64,000 nucleotides of DNA from assembly GCA_045655685.1 (NCBI GenBank), contig JAZOPR010000014.1, forward strand, positions 75,471 to 139,470, read 5' to 3'. Positions 14,598 through 22,821 of this stretch are shown in pieces. The notes under the pieces were generated by a model. The model was not told where the DNA came from, did no database searches, and worked only from the letters and a program-made list of their open reading frames with translations. Source of the DNA: Alistipes sp. GTDB taxonomy: Bacteria > Bacteroidota > Bacteroidia > Bacteroidales > Rikenellaceae. Numbering within the stretch: the first letter of the stretch is position 1; every line of letters starts with the position of its first letter. The translations under genes and the position numbers were made by a program.

Positions 14598-16247
14598 TTA
14601 GAATGGAGCATCGTCCATATTGGGAGCCTTCGGCTGTGCGCCGCCGATCGTGCCGCCCGTCATCGGAGCACCCGCAGGTGGCAGGTCAAATTCGCCACCA
14701 ATGCCCGACGCCAAACCGCCCGCCAGCGTGCCTCCGCCAAAGCCCGAACCATCAGCCAAACCGCCGCCCGCACCCGAGCCGCCAAAGCCACTTGATGCGC
14801 CCATTGCGCTATCGGTGTAGCTGAACGTTTCGTTGGCCGTGTCGGCATCGTAGTCGAGGAAGCGAGCCTGCTCCTTGCGGAAGCGCAGATTGACCGTGCC
14901 GACCGAGCCGTTACGGTGCTTGGCCAGAATGAACTCGGCCATACCTGCGGTCGATTGACCATTCTCGTCCTCGGTCATACCGTAGTACTCGGGACGATGG
15001 ATAAATGCCACGATATCAGCGTCCTGCTCGATTGCACCCGACTCACGAAGGTCGCTCAGCTGAGGGCGTTTGTTACCGCCACGAAGCTCCGTCTGACGGC
15101 TCAACTGCGACAGCGCAATGATCGGCACGTTCAGCTCCTTGGCGATCGCCTTCAACGTACGCGAGATGGTTGCAACCTCCTGCTCACGATTGCCGCCCTG
15201 ACCCGACTGACCCGTGGTCATCAGCTGCAAGTAGTCGATCACGATCAACTGAATGTTGTTGTGTATCTTCAAACGGCGCGCCTTCGAGCGGAACTCATAG
15301 ACCGACAACGCCGGAGTGTCATCAATGTAGAGCGGAGCCGAACCGAGCGGCTTGGTCGAAACCTCCAAATGGCGCCACTGATCGGGCGTCAGCTTACCAC
15401 TCTTGACCGCAGTGCCGTCCAGTCCCGACTCGGCGATAATCAATCGCTTCATCAGCTGTTCGGCGCTCATTTCGAGCGAGAAGAAGGCTACGGGACGCTC
15501 GTGATCGACCGTGATGTTGCGTGCCATCGTCAGCACAAATGCGGTCTTACCCATCGCGGGTCGCGCCGCCAGAATCACCAGATCCGAGGGCTGCCAACCG
15601 AGCGTTTCGCGGTCGATACCCACGAATCCCGACGGCACACCACTGAACGAATCCTTGTTCTTGCCGGCCTCTTCGATCGACTTCAAAGTCTTGGCTAACA
15701 CACTCTTAGAGTCCTGCACCGAGCGCTTGACGTGACCCTCGGCCACGCGGAAGATCTCCTGCTCGGCAAAACCGATCAACTCGGTCACGTCCTTCGACTC
15801 GTCGTAGGCCTTACGCTGGATCTCGGTCGATGAGCGGATCAACTCGCGCTGGACATATTTCTGCGCGATGATCTTGGCGTGGAACTCGACGTGAGCCGCC
15901 GAACCCACCTTCTGGGTCAGCTGGGCAAGGAACGGAGCACCACCCACCTCTTTGAGCGTGCCTTCGGATTTCAGACGCTCGGTAACGGTGTAGAGGTCAA
16001 TGGGTTTCAACTCGTGCGAGAGGTCCTCGATAGCCTTATAGACCGTACGGTGAACGGGGTTGTAGAAGGCCTCGGGAGTGATGAACTCCTGCACGGTTAC
16101 GATACTATCCTTGTCGAGCATCAGCGCACCGAGCACCGCCTCTTCAAGCTCGACAGCCTGAGGGGGCACAGTTCCGGTGATCTCGGTCAAAGCCTCAAAC
16201 GCCTCGCGGTTCTTCTCCGCGGAGGATTTATACTCTTTTTTAGCCAT
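14598..16247 (-). CDS. dnaB: Replicative DNA helicase DnaB with a Gly-rich C-terminal extension of about 75 aa
   Basis: Contains PPQAVELEEAVLGALM at the N-terminal domain, Walker A ARPAMGKTAF, VIDYLQLM and SQLSR. I prefer the start at MAKKEYKS (16247) over 16298. Confidence 0.9.
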   Translation of the reverse strand: MAKKEYKSSAEKNREAFEALTEITGTVPPQAVELEEAVLGALMLDKDSIVTVQEFITPEAFYNPVHRTVYKAIEDLSHELKPIDLYTVTERLKSEGTLKEVGGAPFLAQLTQKVGSAAHVEFHAKIIAQKYVQRELIRSSTEIQRKAYDESKDVTELIGFAEQEIFRVAEGHVKRSVQDSKSVLAKTLKSIEEAGKNKDSFSGVPSGFVGIDRETLGWQPSDLVILAARPAMGKTAFVLTMARNITVDHERPVAFFSLEMSAEQLMKRLIIAESGLDGTAVKSGKLTPDQWRHLEVSTKPLGSAPLYIDDTPALSVYEFRSKARRLKIHNNIQLIVIDYLQLMTTGQSGQGGNREQEVATISRTLKAIAKELNVPIIALSQLSRQTELRGGNKRPQLSDLRESGAIEQDADIVAFIHRPEYYGMTEDENGQSTAGMAEFILAKHRNGSVGTVNLRFRKEQARFLDYDADTANETFSYTDSAMGASSGFGGSGAGGGLADGSGFGGGTLAGGLASGIGGEFDLPPAGAPMTGGTIGGAQPKAPNMDDAPF

Positions 16248-16351
16248 AATTTTCGAAGTGTTGGGGTGTAAAGGTATGAAAAACGCGGCGAAATTCAAAA
16301 TTCAAGATGCGAAATTACCAAATTATTTACTCGGCTCTCGACAAAATCACA

Positions 16352-16396
16352 CACTCGTGGGCTGGGGGGATCGACCTTTGGTCGAGCCCACGAGTG
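16352..16396 (+). repeat. Nested GC-hairpin element, CACTCGTGG class
   Basis: Arms CACTCGTGGGCT and AGCCCACGAGTG are perfect. G-run GGGGGG. Inner hairpin TCGACC-TTTG-GTCGA. Confidence 0.8.
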
Positions 16397-16400
16397 CGCA

Positions 16401-16515
16401 CGCCATAGGGGCGGGTTTTACTGTTTTCGGTTGTAGCAGATTGGAATCTGTTTGCAAAATCCCAAATCTTCTCGCAACTCACCCCCCAATAACAACCATA
16501 TGGGCGGGTTTTGTT
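16401..16515 (+). repeat. 115-bp element, copy 1, bounded by GGGCGGGTTTT modules
   Basis: Differs from the reverse complement of 30485-30600 by two substitutions and one 1-nt indel, aligned by hand. Confidence 0.85.
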
Positions 16516-16537
16516 GTTTTTTCGCTTCGACTTAATC

Positions 16538-16610
16538 CAAGTTCGGTGGCTGGGGGGGCGTGCGACAAAAGTCGCACGAGCCACCGAACTTGACGATTTC
16601 TCCGAAATCG
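16538..16610 (+). repeat. Nested GC-hairpin element, CAAGTTCGG class, plus mini-hairpin CGATTTCTCCGAAATCG
   Basis: Arms CAAGTTCGGTGGCT and AGCCACCGAACTTG are perfect. Inner hairpin GTGCGAC-AAAA-GTCGCAC. Confidence 0.85.
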
Positions 16611-16684
16611 ATTTACTCTCGCTGACCCGCCGATGATGACGAAATTCCGAGAATTTCGATTTATTGTTTTTATTAAAGCAAAGG

Positions 16685-16717
16685 CTAATTTTGAATTTAG
16701 CTTTTTGAATTGTGAAT
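16685..16717 (+). repeat. 33-nt AT-rich TTGAAT module, copy 3
   Basis: CTAATTTTGAATTTAGCTTTTTGAATTGTGAAT. Confidence 0.8.
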
Positions 16718-16718
16718 T

Positions 16719-16738
16719 TTATTTGCCTATCTTTGCAA
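16719..16738 (+). repeat. 20-bp direct repeat, left copy, containing -33 TTTG and the -7 box TATCTTTG (16728-16735)
   Basis: TTATTTGCCTATCTTTGCAA is identical to 17841-17860. It lies 16 nt upstream of the acyltransferase ATG at 16754. Confidence 0.85.
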
Positions 16739-16753
16739 ATCAATCAATTATTT

Positions 16754-17821
16754 ATGAGCAGTGTGGAGTTGAAATCGGGTTCTATTTCTTCGCTTTATGT
16801 GCTGAAAGCGATTTGTGCATTTTTGGTAGTTGTTATCCACTTCCCAATGAAATATGGATACTACTTTTTTCCGATAGTGCGAATTGCGGTACCCTGTTTC
16901 TTTATGATTTCGGGATATTTTCTCTACAACGATAATCGAGAGAAGATGCTCTCTAACCTCAAACGTGCATTTTGTAAAACGTTGCAGGTAACGATATGGG
17001 CATACGTATTTTATCTACTTGTTGCAATCTTTAATTCTGTTACATTTGGATCATCATTGAATATTGTATCTCAAACGTGGTTGTACTATATAATTGCAGG
17101 TCCGCTAATTGGTAGCAGTAGCCATTTGTGGTATCTTATTGCATATCTCGAAGCATTATTAGTGGTGCTTATCTGCACAAAATCCAACACAATCAAGATA
17201 TTATGGTGGCTTATCCCGATAGGTCTTATTGCGAACTTATTGCTCGGTAAATATGGATTTTTATTGCCTCCTTTTGATTTTTCATCTGTAGGCATTCCGA
17301 ACTATATAATGGCCCGAAACGTCTTTACAATCGGCATTCCTGCATTTGCTTCTGGACTATTGTTACGTAAAAATATCGCCCAAATTAATGAAAGGGTTAA
17401 TAATAAAAAAGCTTGGATCACAGCCATTTCTTTCTTAATACTAGCAGTTGTCGAATTTGTAATTTTACATGTGAAATTTGAAAATAAATATATGGCTGAT
17501 ATATCCCTTTTCACAATGCCGCTTGCGATTAGTTTTATTCTGCTCTGTCTAAAATACCCCGATTTTGGAAACAAATCATACATAACAACAATAGGACATC
17601 GATACTCCTCGGACATATATATTTACCACATGTTTGGCGGTAATTACTTAGTTGGCTTCATTGGAGTTGTAATATACAAAATTACAGGAGTTGAGAGTTT
17701 GGCACTATACAATGCTCCGACGGTATTCTTAACCACTTTGGTTTTTGTGATTGTATTGCAGAAATCTTTGGCCTGGGTGAAATCAAAGATTACTCAAAAA
17801 AAGCAACCTGTAACAAACTAA
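16754..17821 (+). CDS. Acyltransferase family 3 (integral-membrane O-acyltransferase), low-GC
   Basis: About 355 aa from MSSVELKSG with roughly 10 predicted hydrophobic helices. The N-terminal LYVLKAICAFLVVVIHFP and RIAVPCFFMISGYF motifs are typical of the family. The sampled line 16741-16800 has 21/60 GC. Confidence 0.75.
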   Translation: MSSVELKSGSISSLYVLKAICAFLVVVIHFPMKYGYYFFPIVRIAVPCFFMISGYFLYNDNREKMLSNLKRAFCKTLQVTIWAYVFYLLVAIFNSVTFGSSLNIVSQTWLYYIIAGPLIGSSSHLWYLIAYLEALLVVLICTKSNTIKILWWLIPIGLIANLLLGKYGFLLPPFDFSSVGIPNYIMARNVFTIGIPAFASGLLLRKNIAQINERVNNKKAWITAISFLILAVVEFVILHVKFENKYMADISLFTMPLAISFILLCLKYPDFGNKSYITTIGHRYSSDIYIYHMFGGNYLVGFIGVVIYKITGVESLALYNAPTVFLTTLVFVIVLQKSLAWVKSKITQKKQPVTN

Positions 17822-17840
17822 TTTTATTTCTTCGAAAAAC

Positions 17841-17860
17841 TTATTTGCCTATCTTTGCAA
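17841..17860 (+). repeat. 20-bp direct repeat, right copy, containing the -7 box TATCTTTG (17850-17857) for the moxR operon
   Basis: TTATTTGCCTATCTTTGCAA is identical to 16719-16738. Confidence 0.85.
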
Positions 17861-17963
17861 TAATTTTGGGTCGCGCGCGTTTATCTTATTTAGGGGTGCC
17901 AACCCAACCGAAACCCTCAGGAAATTATTCCGATAAAAAACGATAAAAATATAAATAAAACCT

Positions 17964-18962
17964 ATGAGCGAAGTAATTAACATCAAGGAACTTAATGAGC
18001 GTATCGAGCGCGAAAGCCTCTTTGTCGATACGCTGAACGCCGAAATGAGCAAGGTCATCGTCGGTCAAAAACATCTGATCGACACCCTGATGATCGGTCT
18101 GCTGTCGAACGGTCATATCCTCTTGGAGGGTGTCCCCGGTTTGGCTAAGACATTGGCTATCACCACGCTGGCTAAGGCTGTCGATGCACGTTTCAGCCGT
18201 ATCCAGTTTACGCCCGACCTGCTGCCCGCCGACCTGATCGGTACGCTGATCTACTCGCAGAAGAACGAGGATTTCGCCGTGCGTCGCGGTCCGATCTTCG
18301 CCAACTTCGTGCTGGCCGATGAGATCAACCGTTCGCCGGCAAAGGTGCAGTCGGCACTGCTCGAAGCGATGCAGGAGCGTCAGGTGACCATCGGTGACGA
18401 GACCTATGCTCTGCCCCAGCCCTTCCTTGTGATGGCAACGCAAAACCCTCTGGAACAGGAGGGTACCTATCCTCTGCCCGAGGCGCAGGTGGACCGTTTT
18501 ATGCTCAAAGCCAAGATCTCGTACCCCAACAAGCAGGAGGAGCGCGACATCGTGCGTATGAATCTGTCGGGTGCGGGTATGCCCGAGCCGAGCAAGGTGA
18601 TCACGCCCGAGGATATCGTCAAGGCGCGCAAGGTGGTTGAGGACGTCTATATGGACGAGAAGATCGAGAAGTATATCATCGACATCATCTTCGCAACGCG
18701 CGAGCCTCAGGAGTACAACTTGCAGAAGTTGCAGTCGATGATCGGCTACGGTGCCTCGCCCCGTGCGAGCATCTCGCTGGCGAAGGCTGCACGCAGCTAC
18801 GCATTCATCAAGCGTCGCGGCTATGTGATCCCCGAGGATGTACGTGCGGTGTGCCACGATGTGCTGCGCCACCGTATCGGTCTGACCTACGAGGCTGAGG
18901 CCGAGAATGTTACAACCGAAGAGATCATTACCGATATTCTGAATAACGTCGTAGTACCCTAA
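17964..18962 (+). CDS. MoxR-family AAA+ ATPase
   Basis: 332 aa with Walker A LLEGVPGLAKT, Walker B LADEINR, and a VMATQNPLEQEGTYPLPEAQVDRF segment. Confidence 0.9.
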   Translation: MSEVINIKELNERIERESLFVDTLNAEMSKVIVGQKHLIDTLMIGLLSNGHILLEGVPGLAKTLAITTLAKAVDARFSRIQFTPDLLPADLIGTLIYSQKNEDFAVRRGPIFANFVLADEINRSPAKVQSALLEAMQERQVTIGDETYALPQPFLVMATQNPLEQEGTYPLPEAQVDRFMLKAKISYPNKQEERDIVRMNLSGAGMPEPSKVITPEDIVKARKVVEDVYMDEKIEKYIIDIIFATREPQEYNLQKLQSMIGYGASPRASISLAKAARSYAFIKRRGYVIPEDVRAVCHDVLRHRIGLTYEAEAENVTTEEIITDILNNVVVP

Positions 18963-18967
18963 TCGAG

Positions 18968-19849
18968 ATGAGCGTCGAAAACGACATTTTGAAACGCGTT
19001 CGCAAGATCGAGATCAAGACCCGAGGGTTGAGTAACGAGATCTTTGCGGGCAAGTATCACACGGCCTTCCGCGGTCGCGGTATGTCGTTCAGCGAGGTGC
19101 GCGAGTACCGCCTGGGCGACGACGTGCGCGACATCGATTGGAACGTCACGGCACGTTCGCGCAAGCCCCACATCAAGGTCTATGAGGAGGAGCGCGAGCT
19201 GACGATGATGCTTCTGGTCGATGTGAGTGGGTCGCGTATGTTCGGTTCGAACGAGCTGTTGAAGAAGAATGTGATCACCGAGATTGCGGCGGTGCTGGCC
19301 TTTTCGGCTGCGCAGAACAACGATAAGGTGGGTTGCATCTTTTTCAGCGATCGCATCGAGAAGTTCATTCCCCCGAAGAAGGGTCGCCAGCATATCCTGA
19401 TGATTATCCGCGAGTTGATCGGGTTCAAGCCCGAGGGTCGAGGTACGTCGCTCTCGGAGCCGTTGCGATTCCTCGCGGCGGTGAGCAAGAAGCGCACTAC
19501 GTCGTTCCTGCTGTCGGATTTTATGGATTCGGAGGCCGATGCAGTGGCGTTCGAGGAGGCGTTGAAGATCACGGGTGGCCGTCACGATCTGGTGGGTATC
19601 CGCGTCTATGACCAGCGCGAGCAGGAGATGCCCGATGTGGGTATCGTGGAGTTGGAGGACGCCGAGACGGGCGAAAAGGTGTGGATCGACACCTCGTCGC
19701 GCCGTGTGCGCGAGGCCTATGCCAACGATTGGGCGCGCCGCAACCAGCGTATCGAAACGGTGCTCAAACAGAATCGTGTCGATACGGCTACGGTGGCTAC
19801 CGACGAGGACTACGTCAAGGCGTTGATCAAACTTTTCAAACAGAGATAA
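18968..19849 (+). CDS. DUF58 domain protein (MoxR partner, VWA-like fold)
   Basis: 293 aa containing FSEVREYRLGDDVRDIDWNVTAR, the DUF58 signature. It lies directly downstream of moxR. Confidence 0.85.
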   Translation: MSVENDILKRVRKIEIKTRGLSNEIFAGKYHTAFRGRGMSFSEVREYRLGDDVRDIDWNVTARSRKPHIKVYEEERELTMMLLVDVSGSRMFGSNELLKKNVITEIAAVLAFSAAQNNDKVGCIFFSDRIEKFIPPKKGRQHILMIIRELIGFKPEGRGTSLSEPLRFLAAVSKKRTTSFLLSDFMDSEADAVAFEEALKITGGRHDLVGIRVYDQREQEMPDVGIVELEDAETGEKVWIDTSSRRVREAYANDWARRNQRIETVLKQNRVDTATVATDEDYVKALIKLFKQR

Positions 19850-19859
19850 ACGACCGAAA

Positions 19860-20849
19860 ATGAATAGATTGCGAAATATATTAACGCTCGTGGCGGCACT
19901 GTTCTGCCTCGCTGCATCGGCTCAGAGCACCCGCCCCGAGGTGCGTGCGTCGCTCACGCCCGACTCGGTGTTGCTGGGTGACGAGGTGCTGCTGACCATC
20001 GACGTGCAGAAGGATCAGGTGCAGGTCATCGGCTTCCCCACGTTCGACACGGGCGAGAATGGCGAGTTGGAGCTGATCGAGGAGCTGCCGCTCGACACCA
20101 TCGAGCGCGATGGTCGCCGTCAGCACCTGCGCAAACGCTACCGTCTGGCCGCTTATGGCGAGGGTACGTTGGCGCTGGGTCGCACGCCGCTGGCCTACCT
20201 CGACAAGAATATCAACGACACGATTTACAGCGTCGATTCGCTGGTGTTGTACATCGAGCCGATCGAGATCGACACCACCACGATGACAATCAACGACATC
20301 AAACGTCCGAAGGATATGCCGCTGCGTTGGGGCGAGTTCTCGGGCTATCTGTGGCGCGGGGCGGTGGCCGTGTTGCTGCTGGTTGCGCTCATTGCGTTGA
20401 TTATCTGGCTCATACACAAGTACAACATCACGATGCCCAACCCCTTCCGACCCAAGGAGGTCGTGCCGCCGCACGTCGAGGCAATCAAGGCCCTCGAAGC
20501 GCTGCACCACCAGAAGTTGTGGCAGAATGGTCGATTCAAGGATTACTACTCGGCACTGACCGACATCCTGCGTCGCTACATCGCCGACCGCTACGAGTTT
20601 GGTGCGATGGAGATGACCACCGACGAGATCATCGTGGCTCTGCGCGAGCAGGAGATGCCCGACAAGTCGCGTCGCAACCTCATCGAGATCCTCCGCACAG
20701 CCGACCTGGTGAAGTTTGCCCGCGTGATTCCCGACGAGCAGTATCACGAGCAGGCCTACCTCGATGCCTACTATTTTGTCGAGGAGACCAAGGCTGTTGA
20801 GGTGATCGAGGCCGAGAGCGACGAAACCCGTAAAGAGATTGATGACTAA
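19860..20849 (+). CDS. Bat-operon membrane protein (BatD-N-like exported domain plus TM plus DUF4381-like cytoplasmic domain)
   Basis: 329 aa with signal peptide LTLVAALFCLAASAQS, a central TM helix AVAVLLLVALIALIIWLI, and a C-terminal YYSALTDILRRYIADRYEFGAMEMTTDE pattern seen in DUF4381 proteins. Confidence 0.5.
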   Translation: MNRLRNILTLVAALFCLAASAQSTRPEVRASLTPDSVLLGDEVLLTIDVQKDQVQVIGFPTFDTGENGELELIEELPLDTIERDGRRQHLRKRYRLAAYGEGTLALGRTPLAYLDKNINDTIYSVDSLVLYIEPIEIDTTTMTINDIKRPKDMPLRWGEFSGYLWRGAVAVLLLVALIALIIWLIHKYNITMPNPFRPKEVVPPHVEAIKALEALHHQKLWQNGRFKDYYSALTDILRRYIADRYEFGAMEMTTDEIIVALREQEMPDKSRRNLIEILRTADLVKFARVIPDEQYHEQAYLDAYYFVEETKAVEVIEAESDETRKEIDD

Positions 20850-21787
20850 TGAAACGAATTGTATATTTGACCTTTACGCTCGCCGTGGCGTTGTTCGTAG
20901 CTACCGATGCGCAGGCTCAGAAGTGGCCCGAGCGCAGTCGTGTGCGTCGTGGCAACCGCGCCTATGAGCGTCTGGACTACGACCGTGCCGAGGAGCGTTA
21001 CCGCGAGGCGCAGGAGCTGAGTGACACCTGCTTCGAGGCCACATTCAACCTCGGCGATGCGCTCTACAAGCAACAGCGTTTCGACGAGGCGGAGAAGGTT
21101 TTTGCGGCGTTGGCGGCCGACTCGACCCGCTCGGCACTCGACCGCGCACACTCCTACTACAACCTCGGCAACTCGCTTTTTCAGCAGAAAAAGTATCAGG
21201 AGGCGCTCTCGGCCTACAAGCGTTCGTTGCGTCTGAATCCTGCCGATCTGGAAACCAAGTACAACTACGCCTACACCAAGAAGTACATTGAGGATAACAA
21301 TCAGGGCGGTGGTGGCGGTGGCAACAACAACCAAAACCAGCAGAATCAGAATCAGGATCAGAACCAGCAGGGCGGCGGTCAGAACGATCAGCAGAACGAT
21401 CAGAACAAGGATCAAAACCAAGACAATCAGAATAATAACGATCAGAACGACCAGAACGACAAGGGCGACCAGAATCGTGACGGCCAGAACGACGACCAGC
21501 AGGACAAGAACGACCCCAACAAGGGTGACGACCAGCAGAACGAGGGCGAAAACGACGACCAGCAGGGCGAAAATGATCCCCAAGACGGCCAGAACGATCC
21601 CAACGAGGGCGACAATCAGGGCGACAACGAGCCTCAGCAGGGCGATGGCGAGCCGCAACCTTCGGGTCTGTCGCAGAACGATGCCGAGCGAATGTTGGAC
21701 GCCATTCAGGGCGAGGAGGATAAGACCCGCGACAAGGTGAATGCCAAGGTCGGTCAGGGTGTGGTTCGATCGGGTAAGAATTGGTAA
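20849..21787 (+). CDS. TPR-repeat Bat-operon protein (BatC-like) with a Q/N/D-rich disordered region of about 125 aa
   Basis: 312 aa with a signal peptide and TPR-like helices (YNLGNSLFQQKKYQEALSAYKRSLRLNPADLETKYNYAY), followed by the low-complexity stretch NNQNQQNQNQDQNQQGGGQNDQQ... Confidence 0.65.
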   Translation: MKRIVYLTFTLAVALFVATDAQAQKWPERSRVRRGNRAYERLDYDRAEERYREAQELSDTCFEATFNLGDALYKQQRFDEAEKVFAALAADSTRSALDRAHSYYNLGNSLFQQKKYQEALSAYKRSLRLNPADLETKYNYAYTKKYIEDNNQGGGGGGNNNQNQQNQNQDQNQQGGGQNDQQNDQNKDQNQDNQNNNDQNDQNDKGDQNRDGQNDDQQDKNDPNKGDDQQNEGENDDQQGENDPQDGQNDPNEGDNQGDNEPQQGDGEPQPSGLSQNDAERMLDAIQGEEDKTRDKVNAKVGQGVVRSGKNW

Positions 21788-21793
21788 ACGCGT

Positions 21794-22783
21794 ATGACAC
21801 ATTTTGCACAACCTCATATCTTGTGGCTACTGCTTGCGCTGGTGCCGATGGTGGGTGGTTACATCTATCGTCAGCGTCGCGGCGGCGCCACAATCCGCAT
21901 CTCGACAATCGGTGCAATGAGCCGGGCGCCACGCACCGTGCGCTATTGGTTGCGACACCTGCCCTTCGCGCTGCGAACGGTGGCTGTGGCGTTGATTATC
22001 ATCGCTTTGGCTCGCCCGCAGGACGTCGAACACCATAGCCAGACAACCTCCGAGGGTATCGACATTATGTTGGCAATCGACGTGTCGGGCTCGATGCTCG
22101 CACGCGACTTTAAGCCCGACCGAATCACTGCCGCACGCGAGGTGGCGGGTAACTTCATCGTCGATCGTCGTGGCGACCGTATGGGTATCGTGGTCTTCGC
22201 GGGTGAGGCCTATACGCAGGCTCCGCTGACCACCGACCAGCCTACGCTGCTGACGATGCTCGGCCAGATCGAGAGCGGTCTGATCGAGGACGGCACGGCG
22301 ATCGGCACGGGTCTGGCGACGGCACTCAACCGCCTGCGCGAGAGCGAGGCCAAGAGTAAGGTGGTGATTCTGCTGACCGACGGTGTGAACAACCGCACGA
22401 CGATCGCTCCGCTGACCGCTGCCGAGATCGCTAAGAAGCTGGGTGTCAAGGTCTATACCATTGGTGTGGGCACGCGCGGCACGGCTCCCTATCCCGTTCA
22501 GGATATGTGGGGCGACATCACCTACCAGCAGATGCCGGTCGAGATCGACGAGGAGGTGCTGACCCAGATTGCCGAGATGACCGGTGGCGAATACTTCCGC
22601 GCAACGAACAAAAGCGCGCTGGCCGAGGTCTACGATCGTATCAACCAATTGGAAAAGAGCGAGGTCGAGGTGACCGAATTCACCACCTACAACGAACTCT
22701 TCCTCCGCTATCTGTTGGTGGCGCTGGCGGCTCTCGTGCTCGAATTCCTGCTCTCGCAGCTGTGGCTCAAACGAATACCCTAA
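21794..22783 (+). CDS. batA: VWA-domain aerotolerance protein BatA-like
   Basis: 329 aa with two N-terminal TM helices, the MIDAS motif DVSGSM, VILLTDGVNN, and a C-terminal TM helix. Confidence 0.8.
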   Translation: MTHFAQPHILWLLLALVPMVGGYIYRQRRGGATIRISTIGAMSRAPRTVRYWLRHLPFALRTVAVALIIIALARPQDVEHHSQTTSEGIDIMLAIDVSGSMLARDFKPDRITAAREVAGNFIVDRRGDRMGIVVFAGEAYTQAPLTTDQPTLLTMLGQIESGLIEDGTAIGTGLATALNRLRESEAKSKVVILLTDGVNNRTTIAPLTAAEIAKKLGVKVYTIGVGTRGTAPYPVQDMWGDITYQQMPVEIDEEVLTQIAEMTGGEYFRATNKSALAEVYDRINQLEKSEVEVTEFTTYNELFLRYLLVALAALVLEFLLSQLWLKRIP

Positions 22784-22821
22784 ACGTGTTGTCGGACAAC
22801 TCCTAAACCATTGAACTTTTT

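Noticed and set aside
20846-21817. A 323-aa minus-strand ORF with long runs of L/V/I that look like many TM helices.
   Set aside because: It is the antisense reading of the Q/N/D codon repeats (CAG/AAC/GAC give CTG/GTT/GTC) in the BatC-like gene. The plus-strand gene has a signal peptide and TPR helices and fits the operon.
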